A DNA stretch of 64,000 nucleotides, from NCBI RefSeq assembly GCF_963921235.1, contig NC_086108.1:99264001-99328000 (forward strand). The letters run 5' to 3'. Below the pieces are notes generated by a model that was given only the letters and a program-made list of their open reading frames with translations, did no database searches and was not told the DNA's origin. This DNA comes from Mobula hypostoma (Eukaryota). Within the stretch, counting starts at the first letter, position 1. Every line of letters starts with the position of its first letter. Of the stretch, positions 24,234 to 36,654 are shown piece after piece. The translations under genes were made by a program, and so were the position numbers.

Positions 24234-25124
24234 TGTCATAAGGTGGTGGCTGGGAACGGACCCAAGTGCAAGACACAGACACTGAAGTACTAGGGACAGG
24301 ACTAGGATACAGGGTGAGGGCTAGGACATGGACACGAAAACCAGGAACCTGGAACATGACTGGACAAGAGAGCTAGGAGCCCGGGCTTGGACTCCGACCC
24401 AGAGACTGGACGAGGACCCAGAACCTGGGTCTTGCCTCTGGCTCAGACCCCAGAACTAGGCAAGGATGTGACTTGGCTGGCAGGCAGGACGAGGCTGGAG
24501 TCTTCAGACTTGAGGTGAGGCTTGAGACCAGAGACTGGAGGCTTGGGGTCTTGAAGCTCCTCCTGGGCAGGGCGCGGATCTCCACCCGACAGAAGCGAGG
24601 GACAGGAAGGGACAGAACCAACTGCAGGGTAATGGCAATCTGGCCAGACTTACCTAACAGAGGCAAGGGACAGGAAGGGACAGGACCCACCGCAGGGTAA
24701 CGGCAATCTGGCCTGGCTTGCCCAACGGAGGCAAGGGACAGGAAGGGAGCTAGATTCAGGGTGGCTCCAAGACAAGACTTCAGGTGAGACGAGGCGACAG
24801 TTACCAGCAAGACAAGGCAAGGCTTCAGGCAGTGCAAGGTGAGACAAGAACTTCAGGCGAGGCGAGAGTTACCGGCAAGACAAGGCAGGGCTTCAGGCGA
24901 AGAAACAGAAGGCAGGGGAAGGGATACAAGGAGTAAGGACAAGAACAATCCAGCAACTACGCCCTGGTCTCTGGAGGTATTTATGCAGCCAGCCCCAACG
25001 AGAATCAGCTGCCTCAATTAGTGCTCAACAGGAACAGAAACAGGGTAGACAGGAAAACCTGGAGCAAGGGTCAATGGATCGGACCGTGAACCGGAATGCA
25101 GACTTCACGGACCGGACTATGACA
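24234..25124 (-). mobile_element. Solo LTR with internal tandem repeats
   Basis: TGTCATA...TATGACA termini; 5-bp TSD CTTAC at 24229-24233 and 25125-25129; strand inferred only. Confidence 0.85.
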
Positions 25125-26569
25125 CTTACGCAATCAATTATTTTGTGTTTTATATTCATAATTCATTTAGATCACTTTGTAGGGATCTGTTTTCACTTTG
25201 ACTCGAAAGAGTCTATTTCTGTTGATCAGTGTCAAAAAAGCCAAATTACATCCACTGTGTTTCAATTTTGTAAAACAATAAAATATGAAAGCTTCTTGGG
25301 GCGGGGTGAAAACTTTTTATGGTGTATGTCAATGATACTAAACCTGATTCTGATTCTCATTCTAGTCTACAGGAAACTCCTCCTTTTCTCTTCAGAACTA
25401 CAGATTTAAGGAAAAGGGGAACAGATGGGGCGGGGGTTTGAGAAGGTCGTTCTTCACCCAGAGAGGAACAAAAAACAGGAATGCATGGCCTCAGAGTGTT
25501 GAAGAAGCTTCGCTGACAGCAATTAAGAAATGTCTGGGTGATCACTTGAAATCGGTTCAGCGAGAGGTTTGGAGCAAAGTGCTGAGCAATGGGATTAATA
25601 CGGAGTGGTGCTCAGTGAATGGCCTGTGTCTGTCAGGCTTGCATACACAAGCAGCTTGCACCCAGCTGACAGGAGCCGACTGCCACTCATTTCTAACTCA
25701 TCACCTGTAGCCTACTTAGCCCCAGCTCTCACTCACACTCCTTGTTCCCTCACTGACCCAGCCAAGCTCAACCAGACTCAGCCTTCAGCTGCCTTGTTGC
25801 CTATTGTGTTTAGAAACTGTTCTGTCTTGCCTTGTGGCCTCTCGTGGCTTATTATTTTGAGGTCTATTATTAAAGTTATCGCTCACTGCTGAATCGACTC
25901 AGTTGCTTTGCTTTTGGGACAAGTGTCCTCTACATTTCCCGGCAGTTCCCACACTGTATGATTCTACAGCTCTATGACTCTAACTCATTACGGTTATCTA
26001 ACTGAGAATGATCAATTTTATTGTGACAGTGTCCTCGTTGTGCCTCAATAATCTTTTCATTGTCTTTATCACCAATAACTTCAAATTGATTTCATTAATA
26101 TTCATGAGCCCTGTTAGGGGTCAAAGGCTTATTAAGACGACTTTTAATGATTGGATAAACCGTCGCTGTGCATAATTTATTGGAGTTACACTGTGAGCCC
26201 GTGAGGTGAGGAAACAGTTTTTGTTTTGCAAGCAGGACCAGAGTCAAGTTCTAAACTATGTAGCAGACTGGATAGGACTGGCAGACAGATCACAGTGCAG
26301 GCCATTTGGCCATTGATGCTGTTCCGACTTTCTAACCTACTGTAAGATCAATTTAAACACAAGAGAATCCACAGACGCTGGAAATCCAGACAAACACAGA
26401 CAAACAGCTGGAGGAACTCAGGAGGTCAGAAAGCATCAATGGGGAGGAATAAACAATTAATATTTCAGGCCAAGAACCTTCATCAGGACACTTGTATATT
26501 GTGTGTGTTACTAAGATCAACCTAACTCTTCCTTCCCTCATTGCCCCCCTTCTTTCTTTCAACAAGATA

Positions 26570-26930
26570 ACGAGGCACAGCTTCAGAATAGAGGGATGTC
26601 GCTTTAGCATGGAGATGAGAAGGAATTTCTTTAGCCGGAGGGTGGTGAATCTGTGGAATTAGATGCCATAGATGGCTGTGGAGGCCAGGTCATTGGGTAT
26701 ATTTAAAGTAGAGGTTGATAGCTTCTTGACTAGTCAGGGTTTGAAAGGTTGCAAGGAGAAGACAGGAGAATAGTGTTGACAAGGAAATGGAGGTTGATAG
26801 GTTCTTGAAAGGTTATGAGGAGCAGGCAGAGGAATGGGGTTGAGGGAGATAATAAATCAGCCACAATGAAGTTGTGGAACTGACATGATGGGCCAAATGT
26901 CCTAATTCTGCTCCTGTGCCTTATGATCTT
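26570..26930 (+). mobile_element. CR1 LINE 3' end
   Basis: EMRRNFFSRRVVNLWN block and tail. Confidence 0.85.
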
Positions 26931-27789
26931 TAAGAATTCTGATTATCAGAAATATTATAAAGGCTATTGATTACATGACAGCTTTTTGAAGAAGTTAAAT
27001 GAGTTCTTGAATTGCATAAGCATATGAGAGCCATGGGTCAGATGATGAAAGTGAGATTAATATGGATGGGTGCCCATTGGATGGCCTGTTTCTATGCTGC
27101 ATGATTTCATGATTCTATGAGTTGTTTATAAGTGGGATCTTAATTGCATTAACCAGTGGCTTAATTCCCAGTTGTCTCTCTCCTTTTGATCTACCCAGTT
27201 CTCCTTACACCATTTTTCTTTCTCCTTCTTTCCTCTCCTCTCAGCACTCCATTTCCCCGACACCCACACACTCCTCCCAGTATTGCTTCCTACTGCCCAC
27301 CCCACCTTCTTGCTCCACCTTCCTTCCCTATCAGATTCCACTATCTGCAGTCCACCTTGTCGCCTCCACCGTTCACCTCCCAGCCTCTTTTGCGATTCCC
27401 ACTCTTCCCTCTCCCATCTGCCCACCATCCCTCCTCTCCCGGATCCACCTGTCATCTGTCAGCTCTTGCTCTACCCCGCTTCCCCCTTACAATTTTATAC
27501 TAGCAATCCCCCCTCTATCTTGCAGTCCAATGAGGAGTCTCAATCCAAAACGTTGACTGTCCATTTCCCTCCGCAGTTGCTGCCTGACCCACAGAGTTCC
27601 TCCAGCATTTTGTTCGTTGCTTTACTTCCACTCATAGGCCTTCTCCCTTTGAGTGATGCAGCCGTGAGACTAGCAATGCTGTGTGCTTGCAGAAGGCAAG
27701 CATAACTGTAGGGTTGACTTAGAGAGGTGTGACCGTGGGGCATGTCTGCTCCACTGCAATCTGGTCCAGTATCACCGGCATTTGTTCTA

Positions 27790-28346
27790 CACTCAGTAGT
27801 CACTGTATTAGGTACGTTCTGTACCTAATAAATTGGCCACTGCGTGTATGATTGGGATCTTTTGTTGCTGTAGCCCATCCACTTCAAGGTTTGACATGTT
27901 GGTGTGTTCAGAGATGCTCATTTGCACACCACTGTTGTAACGTGTGGTTATTTGAGTTACTTCCTGTCATCTTGAACCAGTCTGGCTATTCTCCTCTGAC
28001 CTCTCTCATTAGCAAGGCACTTTTTCCCACAGAGCTTCTGCTCACTGGATGTTTTTATTTTGTTTTTTTTTTGCACCATTCTGTGTAAAAATCTACAGAC
28101 TGTTGTTCATGAAAGTCCCAGTATATCAGCATTTTCTGAGATACTCAAGCCATGCTTGGTATCAACAATCAATAGTCAAAGTCACTTAAATCACATTTCT
28201 TTCCCATTCTGATGTTTGGTCTGAACAACAACTGAACCTCTTGACCATGTCTGCATATTTTTATGCATTGAGTTGCTGCCACATGATTAGATATTTTCAT
28301 TAATGAGCAGGTGTTCGGGTGTACCTAATAAAGTGGCCACTGAGTG
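27790..28346. mobile_element. Non-autonomous Tc1/mariner-type element (MITE)
   Basis: TA-CACTCAGT..CACT.TATTAGGTAC ... GTACCTAATAAAGTGGCCACTGAGTG-TA; TA at both ends. Confidence 0.8.
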
Positions 28347-29244
28347 TAGTTTCTTTGTTGTCACTGGAAGGAGACAGTGCATGTTCTAGCCTGTCTCCTT
28401 CGATTGTATCTTTCAGTGGTGTAAATATCGCTGTGGTTCCAAACAGGGTTGCCGACACATGGCTGAACAATTGACGATAATTTTTAAATCTTTTTTCTTT
28501 GTTTCATGGCTATCTGGAGAAGAAGAATCTCAGAGTTGTATACTGCATACCAACTTTGATAATAAATGAATCTTTGAAATAATTCAAGTTCAAGTTTATT
28601 GTCGGACAATTACACACATGTATGCAGTTAAATGGAACATCTTTCCTCTGGGGCTAAGATGCAAAACACTGTACGTACTGTAGAGTCACACACAGCACAC
28701 ACAGACATAAAATAATATTAGCACAAGTCCTCAAGTGGCCTGGCCTGAAGATCGACAGGTTGACATAAAGTGTGAGGTGCATGTTTATGTAAGACAGTAT
28801 AATGTTACTGGCACTATTATAATAAAACAAGCAGTCGTATAACTATATGAAACAGCAGCGATAAAAGATGAAACATCGGCTGAATAAAAGACAAAAGTTA
28901 AGCTACTAAATGAGGAAAGCCCAGATGTATGGACAGATTTATTCAACTAAAAGATAATGGTTACAGACTCAAAATAAATGTTCAGCTCTTTGGGAATAAA
29001 CAAGGTAAACATTTCTTCACCCTGGAGGTCCTTCAAGGCTCATTCATTGGCTACATTCAGGACCGGGCATGTTAGATTCTGCTTATTAGAGGACTCAGAT
29101 GAAAGGTGAAAGGGCAGGAAAATGGCCAACAAGAGAACATGTTAGGAGATAGACCAAGTTGACATGAAGAAACAATGTGCTGGCATTGGAGAGCAGATTC
29201 ATAAGAATAATCCTGTGGATGAAAGGGTTAATGCATTTTCTTCT

Positions 29245-30190
29245 TTTTCCGTTACATGTCAATGATTTGGATGATGGAATTGAGACTTTGTGGCCAGATT
29301 TGTGGAAGATACGAAGATAGGTGGAGGGGCGGGTAGTGTTCAGGGAACAGAGAGGCTACAGATAGACTTAGACAGATTAGGAGAATGGGCAAAGAAGTGA
29401 CACATGGAATACTGTGTCTGGAAGTGTACTGTCATGCATTTTGGTGGAAGAAATAAAAGAGTGGCCTGTTTCCTAAATAGAGAGAAAATTCAAAAATCAG
29501 AGGTGCAACGGGATTTGGGAGTCCTTGTGCAGGATCCCCAAAATGTTGAGGGTGGTGAAGAAGGTAAATGTAATGTTAGCATTCATTTCAAGGACTAGAG
29601 TATAAAGACAAGGATGTAATGTTGAGACATTATAAAGCACTGGTGAGGCCTCACTTGAAGTATCATGAGCAATGTTGGGCCCCTTATCTAAGAAAGGATG
29701 TGCTGACATTGGAAAGGGTTCAAAGGAGGTTCATAAAAATGGTTTTAAGTTTGAACGGCTTACCATATGAGGAACTTTTGATGGCTCTGGGCCTGTACTC
29801 ACTGGAATTCAGAAGAATGACCTCCTGGAATCCTCCCGAATGTTGAAAGAGTGGATTGGAAGAAGATGTTTCCTGTGGTGGGGGAATCTTAGACCAGAGC
29901 CTCAGAGTAGAGGGATGTCCATTTAGAATTGAGATGAAGAGGAATTTCTTTAGCCAAGGTGTTTCCAATCTGTGGAATTCATTTTCATCGGTGGCTGTGG
30001 ATGCCAAGCCTTTGGATATATTTAAAGCAGAGGTTGATTCATTAATCAGGGTGTCAAAGTTTACAGGAGGAAGGCAGGAGAATGGGGGGGTTGAGAGGGA
30101 TAATAAATCAGCCATGACGAAATGACAGAGCAGACTCAATGGGCCAAATAGCCTAATTCTGCTCCTATATCTTATGATCTTATGGTATGA
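29245..30190 (+). mobile_element. CR1 LINE 3' fragment
   Basis: [11 protein letters not shown]...WAPYLRKDVLTLERVQRRF; tail. Confidence 0.9.
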
Positions 30191-30396
30191 GGAGTGTTTG
30201 ATGCCTCTGGGCCTGTACACTCTGAAGTTTCTCCTGTGTTTTGTGGTCTTATGGAGGGGCTGAATAGCTGACTTCTACTCCTATTTCTTTCAGCCTGAAA
30301 TGTCAACTGTTAATTCTTCTCCATAGATGCTGCCTGACTTGTTGAGTTTAGTTATCAAGAAGACTAGGCCCTTCCGGCTCTTTGAGCTGTACTGCC

Positions 30397-31297
30397 TGTT
30401 ACGTACCCCGTAACTGGGTTGCCAAACCAGCAGAAATGGATCACTCAGTTGGAGTCTGGATTACGAGAACTAAGAAAGTTTTATTAAAGAAACAAGCAAC
30501 ACAGTACTCTAATCAAAAGGGTAATAAATGCAACAGTTCAGCAATAATAAACACACATGTACACAGAATTAGGATAACAGGATCAACCAAGCTCTATCGT
30601 TGTCTAGGGGTAAATGACCAGTTTCAAAGTGACGCAAAGTTCAGTTCAATTTAGTTCAGTTCCGTTCACCGTAATCACTGCCGCGGGAGATGGACAGCGA
30701 GGGGAAGGAGAGAGAGAGCAAAACGAATGTATATTCAAACGGCTTCCACACAGACCTTTGATATCCTTCGCAGTCAGCTTTCGGGCGAGCCCTTTGTGAT
30801 GTCTTCTGAGGTCACCGACCGTGACCCCTCCGTTTCCAGCTACGATCGTTTCTCTGCGGTGAACCTGGCACCCAGGCAAGGGCGGACACACACCAGGTTC
30901 CTGTTGATCGTGCCTTTCCACCCTGTGTATCTATGGCTTGGTCCCGCGACCAGCCTTCCAAAACTCCTCACCGACTTATGGGAGATGCATCGCTTCCAGG
31001 GTCTCATTAAATCGGGGTGTCGTGTGTGTCTTGCCTTAGCGAACCTGTCCCTTCTTATCCCCCTGCTGGGGTATCGCCTGTCCATCACTTCAAACAGTTC
31101 AGGGTTCAAAGGGGGAGCCGATCTTGACAGATCTCCTTCTGTTAAACTCTCCCGTCCCTTCATTAACATCTCCAAATGCTGCTCCATTGTTTTCCTTATC
31201 TCTCTCTCTCCTGAAGACAGGTGGCAGACCAACTGCTGATCCCACTGGTGCCAGCACAGGACAGCTAACATCTTAATCTATGTGTATTCTCGTCACA
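30397..31297 (-). mobile_element. Solo LTR
   Basis: TGTTACG...CGTCACA termini; 4-bp TSD TGCC at 30393-30396 and 31298-31301. Confidence 0.88.
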
Positions 31298-31299
31298 TG

Positions 31300-31525
31300 C
31301 CCAGCAACCCATCGATATAATCCTAGCCTAATCACAGGACAGTTTACAATGACCAATTAACATAGCAGCTGGCACATCTTTGGACTGTGGGAAGAAACCA
31401 GAGCACCCAGAGGAAACCCACACAGTAACAGGGAGGACATACAAACTTCTTACAGACAGTGACGGGAATTGAACCCGAGTCGCTGGTGCTGTAAGGCGTT
31501 GTGTTAACCACTACGCTACCGTGCA
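31300..31525 (-). mobile_element. V-SINE (HE1-like)
   Basis: Antisense A/B boxes (gggaattgaacc; accactacgctacc) and V-domain. Confidence 0.8.
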
Positions 31526-32359
31526 CGTTGTGTGTGTAACTCTGGATTTCCAGCATCTCTTGTGTTACCATTTCTTTTGTTCTTACATTCTCATTTATAA
31601 CGTTTAATTGCCTCTCAGGTCCTGCTATCGACCACTGCGTGTCGAGTCCAAATGATTTCAATGGGGGCATAATGTCTCAGTTAAAAGACAGCACCTCCAA
31701 CAGAATAGCACTCCTATAGTGTTGCACAGGAGTATCGGCCTATTACCTTTCACATAATGAGGCAGCCAGCACCTGAGGGGGAGCTTAGTGGTGCCATGCT
31801 CTGGACGGGAAGTCTGTGGATTTGAAACCTATTCTCCTGATCTGAAGATCAGGTAACAACAGCTCCAAGTAGAACAAGCGCAGAATGAAAAAGGGTAGCA
31901 TGATGAAAGAAACACGAAACTTGAGGTGAATCAAAATAAAACACAAAACCAAAGTGATACAAAACAGGAAAATAGACTAGATTATAAATAGGCATCCCAC
32001 TCTCATTACAGGGCTCTCGATTATAATGCTTGGGGGTCTTTTCTATAATCTTTTGTGATATATAGAGCATACTGGTTTTCAGGGAACGTATAATGAGAGC
32101 TACTTCTAAAGACTTTTTTTTTAACTTACCAGATAGAGGATGTTACACATCTCTAAAAAATGTGACCGGCCTTCTTATTGTTCAAGGTAACACAGATGAG
32201 ACTGAGGTCACTATGATGTTACACAACAACTCCTTACAGTGGTGTGTGTGCGTGCGTGTGCTCCAATAGTGTGATCCCCGGCATGTCCATTGATTGTTAC
32301 TGAGATTCAGTACTGCATTGAACAAAAACCGCTTCATGTACTGATAAAACTGCTTCAGG

Positions 32360-33100
32360 AAGCTGCAGGTGAATCTTCCCCCTCTGTGAGCACACGGCTC
32401 CTCCGTAGACAGAGTTAAATGCACCAAGTTCCAGGGAGTTCACATCACGGATGACCTCATTTGGTCCTTCAGTATCACCTCCCTGATCTCCTCCACCTCC
32501 TAAGGATATTGAGGCAAATAAGGCTCCCCCATCCCCATGTCAACTGCATTTTATAGGAGCACCAACGAAGGTGCCTTGACAAGTTTCACCTCCATCTGGT
32601 ATGGGAGCGGCAGAGCATCGAAGTCACTAAAAAGGACTGTAAGAACAACTGAGAGGATCATAGGGGTCTCTCTCCATCCATCGGGGACATTTATCAGAAC
32701 CGCTGCGTATGCAGGGCCCTTGGTATCATTAAGGATCCCACCCATCCATCCAGTATCCTTTTTGACTTTCTACCATGAGGGCAGGGGACTCCTTTGCACA
32801 AAATCAAGTACAGTCAGGATGGGAAATAGTTTCTTCCCCAAGGCTTCTGAACTCCCTGCTGCATCGCATTCGAAGTCTCACTGGTTAATCTGTTCTGTAC
32901 CCTACAATATTTAATTTATGCACTTTAGTTTGTTTATTTTGTGTAATCCATCTGTAGATTTCATCCTTACTAACATAAGTTATTATGGGTTATGTGTGTT
33001 ATATGTATTACTGTGCTTTACACCCTGGTCTGAGAAACATTGTCTCACTTGACGGTATACATGTATCTAGTTAAATGGTGATAAACTTGATTTGACTTGA
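32360..33100 (+). mobile_element. Rex1/Babar LINE 3' fragment
   Basis: KF.GVHITDDL, FYRST.E..LTS..SIWYG, RTTERIIG; (acttg)n-like tail. Confidence 0.8.
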
Positions 33101-35314
33101 TATCAGTGAGAAGGGATGTTTGCTGGAAAGTGCTGAGACGTGCATTCTGGGACTAAACTAGTGACGGATTCCGTATTCCCTCTCCCCCCCATTGAAATGG
33201 TGCTGTTTAAAATGAGTAGGCCATGCAAAGCAAGTTACTCTTATAGAACAGGACACTAATGAGGTTCCAACTGGAACCACGTCAACCACATCAATCACAC
33301 TCAAATCCTACTGCTGGTCAATGAAACGGATGCTGATAACTCCCAGCACATGCAGGTGGGTTGGCTAACTGTGCGTTAAAATAAGAGTGACGGCTGGTCG
33401 TAAAATCATGGAATCACGGAATATGTTCGTTCTGGTAGGAGAAGCACAAACAAAGGACCTATCTAAGATGGAGCTCAAGAAAAACAGGAAGCTAAATCTG
33501 ATGTCGGGGGAACCTGGGACAACTGTGCAGAGTTTCAGATTAAGATTGGCTTGTTTTTCAGTGGTTCCCTGTTTTCCTTTGATTCTCCTACCAAAAGAAA
33601 TAGCGTAATGCTATTACGTTAAGGATGTGCTGCCATTGGAGAGGGTCCAGAGCAGGTTCTCGAGAATGATCCTGGGAACGGAAGGGTTAATGTATGACTA
33701 GTAACCTAAAATGCTGGCAGAACTCTCGGCAGGCCAGGAAAATGTCCTGATGAGGGGTCTCAGCCTGAAACATCGACCGTTTATTCTTTTCCATAGATGC
33801 TGCCTGGCCTGCCGAGACCCTTCAGCATTTTGTGTGTGTTGCCTTGGATTTCTGGCATCTACGGATTGTCTTGTGTTAATGTATGTCTGGTGTTTGATGG
33901 CTCTGGGCCCGAATTTGCTGGAGTTTTGAAGGTTGATAGTGGTCAGGGGGGATCTCATTGAAACTTTTTGAATATTGAAAGGCCTAGATAGAGTGGACGT
34001 TGAGAGGATGTTTTCAATAGTAATCTGAAGGCCACATTTTCACACTCAGGGTGGTGGGTATATGGAAGAAGCTTCCCAGGGAAAAAATGGTAGAGGTGCA
34101 TACAATAGCAACAATAAAAGACCTTGGAAAGTGAGATGGATAGCAAAGGTTTAGAGTGGGACTAGCTCAGTTGGAGAAAACACACACAGCTGGAGAAACG
34201 CAGCTGCTCAGGCAGCATTGACGGAGGGGAATAAACAATCGATGTTTCTGACCAAGACCCTTCATCAGAACCCTTCTCCTGTCCTGATGAGGGCCTCAGA
34301 CTGATCCACTGATTGTTTATATCCCTCCATGGATGCTATCTGACCTGCCAAATCCCTCCAGCATGTTGTGCGTATTACTCAAGAGAACCAGCATCTGCAG
34401 AATACCTTGTGGCTCATAAGGCAACTTGGCCAGGATGGACAGGTTGGGCTGAAGGGCCTGTTTCTGTGCATTATTAACTCTCCTACCTTTTCTCATTTTA
34501 AGCACCTCAGTCCACTGACTCCTCCATTGTCCCAACTCAAGCAATGTTTACCTCCCTGAGCCTGTGATTTAGATTTTCTGACCCCAGTCCTTTTTATCTG
34601 ATTATGTTTTTTTTTCAGCATTTTCTGTTCTTATTCCTTTTCAGATTTAATTGCAGATGTTGATAATAAGCAGTAAAATGTAAACAAAGTTGTGCGCCTC
34701 ACTAATGTAGCAAATACATAATGGCAAACAACACACTCAGAATGCTAGAGGAACTCAGCAAGTCAGGTAGGATTTATGGAGAGGAAAAAACAGTCAACAT
34801 CAAGACCGAACAGACAGTGATTAGGCTTAATTTTGTTTTGGCATAGCTTGGTGTAGATTGAAATTCCTGGGTAACATACCAGGACTGAAATCACTCCTTG
34901 TCACAGCCTGGAATCCTAAGTACATTTTGTTGGAGAATGAAAACATAGGTGAGGTGTTACCTTCCTCAGAGGAAGGCTGAGAAGATCTCCAGAGGTATTT
35001 AGAACCGACTGATATATAAACCAAACAATGTACGGTCAGACAGAAGCTGATGAGGATGACTTATGAGATACAGAAGGCCTGATACTGGAGTAGGACATGG
35101 TGACAAGGAATATGTTTCCTCCAATGAGAAGACATTTTTCCTGAACAGAATATGTGAGGGACAGGTAGAGGGGTAACCAAAGGGTAAGTTCTTCACATAA
35201 AGAGAGGTGAATACATAGAATGAGCTGTCAGGGATGCTAGTGGAGACCGATGTAACTGCACTGCTTAAAAGATTTTGGAGAGGTACTTGGACCAGAAAGG
35301 TGTAGGTGGACGTG

Positions 35315-36260
35315 AACGGCAGTGTAGCATAGTGTTTATTGCAGTCACTTTACAGCGCTAGCAATCACCGATCAGAGTTTAATTCCCGATGCTGTCCGAG
35401 AGGACTTTGTATGTTCTCCCCGCGACTGCGTGGGGTCCCTCCAGGTGCTTTGGCTTCCGTCTGTATTCCAAAGGCATATAGGTTGTAAGGGATAGGAAGC
35501 TGTGGGTTCTGACTGGCAACAGTTGCGAGCTGCTCCCAGCATGATGCTCGTTGATTTGATTTGACACACTTGACTGTATGTTTTGATATTTCAATGTACA
35601 TGTGTCAAAGAGAGCTAATCTTTACATCTTCTTGCTTTAATTTGGGCAAATGGGACCAGGGTAGACAGGCGTCACTGTTGGCATGGAGAAGTTGGGCCAA
35701 AAGGACCCGTTTCTCTGCGGTTCACTTCAACAGTGAGATTGTGAAGAAGAGGTAACATGCAGCACCTTTTTAACTGGGGCGGTACGGTAGCATAGCAGTT
35801 AGTGCAACGGCTTTAACTCCTGTTGCAGTCTGTAAGGGGTTTATAAGCTCTTACTGTGACTGGGTGGGTTTCCTCTGGTTTTGCGCATAGTCTAAAGATG
35901 TATGGATTAGTAGGTTCATTGTCTAATGCATGCAATTGGGCTGCACAGGGTCAGTGGGCCAATTACCATGCTGTACCTCTAAATAAGATAAAATAAATAC
36001 AACTCAACAGGGTGACAGCGGTGTAGCTGGTAGCAGTGCTTCCTCACAGCGCCAGTGACCTGGATTCAGTCTTGACCTCGAGTGCCCTCTGAAAGGAGTA
36101 AGTGACCATGCAGGTTTCCGCCGAGTGCTCTGGTTTCCTCCCGCAAATCGAAGACGTACGAGTTGGAAGATTAATTTGCCATTGTAAATTACCCCTCGTG
36201 TGTAGGTGAGTGTTAGGATAAGAATGTGTAGGGGAAATAAAGAAATGGAGTTGATGTCAG
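35315..36260 (+). mobile_element. Cluster of three V-SINE copies (~35315, ~35775, ~36010)
   Basis: Three tRNA-like heads each followed by gggtttcc...ggtttcct-type V-domain. Confidence 0.7.
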
Positions 36261-36654
36261 ATGTGCGTAATTGTGTTCTTCACTCACCTCAACTCGGAAC
36301 TGATTCCACAACCTGCAGCCTCACCTTCTAGGACTCTGCAGCTCAAACTCGCAGGATTATTTATTTATTAATTTATTATCTGCACAACTTGTCTTCTTTT
36401 GCACATCGGTTGTATGTCAGTCATTTGAATAGCTTTCCATAAATGTCATTGTATTTCTTTATTTTCCTGTACATGCCTGCAGGAAAATGCATCTTAAGGT
36501 AGGATATGGACATAAATGTACTTCGATAATAAATTTGCTTGACTTTGACTTCGATGGTTGGTGCGGACACACGGGTTGAAGGACACATGCAGGGACATTT
36601 CTCTAGGACGCTAGTTTAGACTTCAGCAGATGTACTGTGGCGAGTATTCTGAAG

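Noticed and set aside
24599..24900. Repeated units as a CRISPR-like array
   Set aside because: No unique spacers, eukaryotic context, lies within an LTR
25631..25944. Short solo LTR (TGTCAGG...CCCGGCA)
   Set aside because: LTR-like, but no clean TSD could be read, so not listed as a feature
30646..31271. Overlapping 91-170 aa ORFs
   Set aside because: All lie inside a TSD-flanked solo LTR with no retroviral protein motifs
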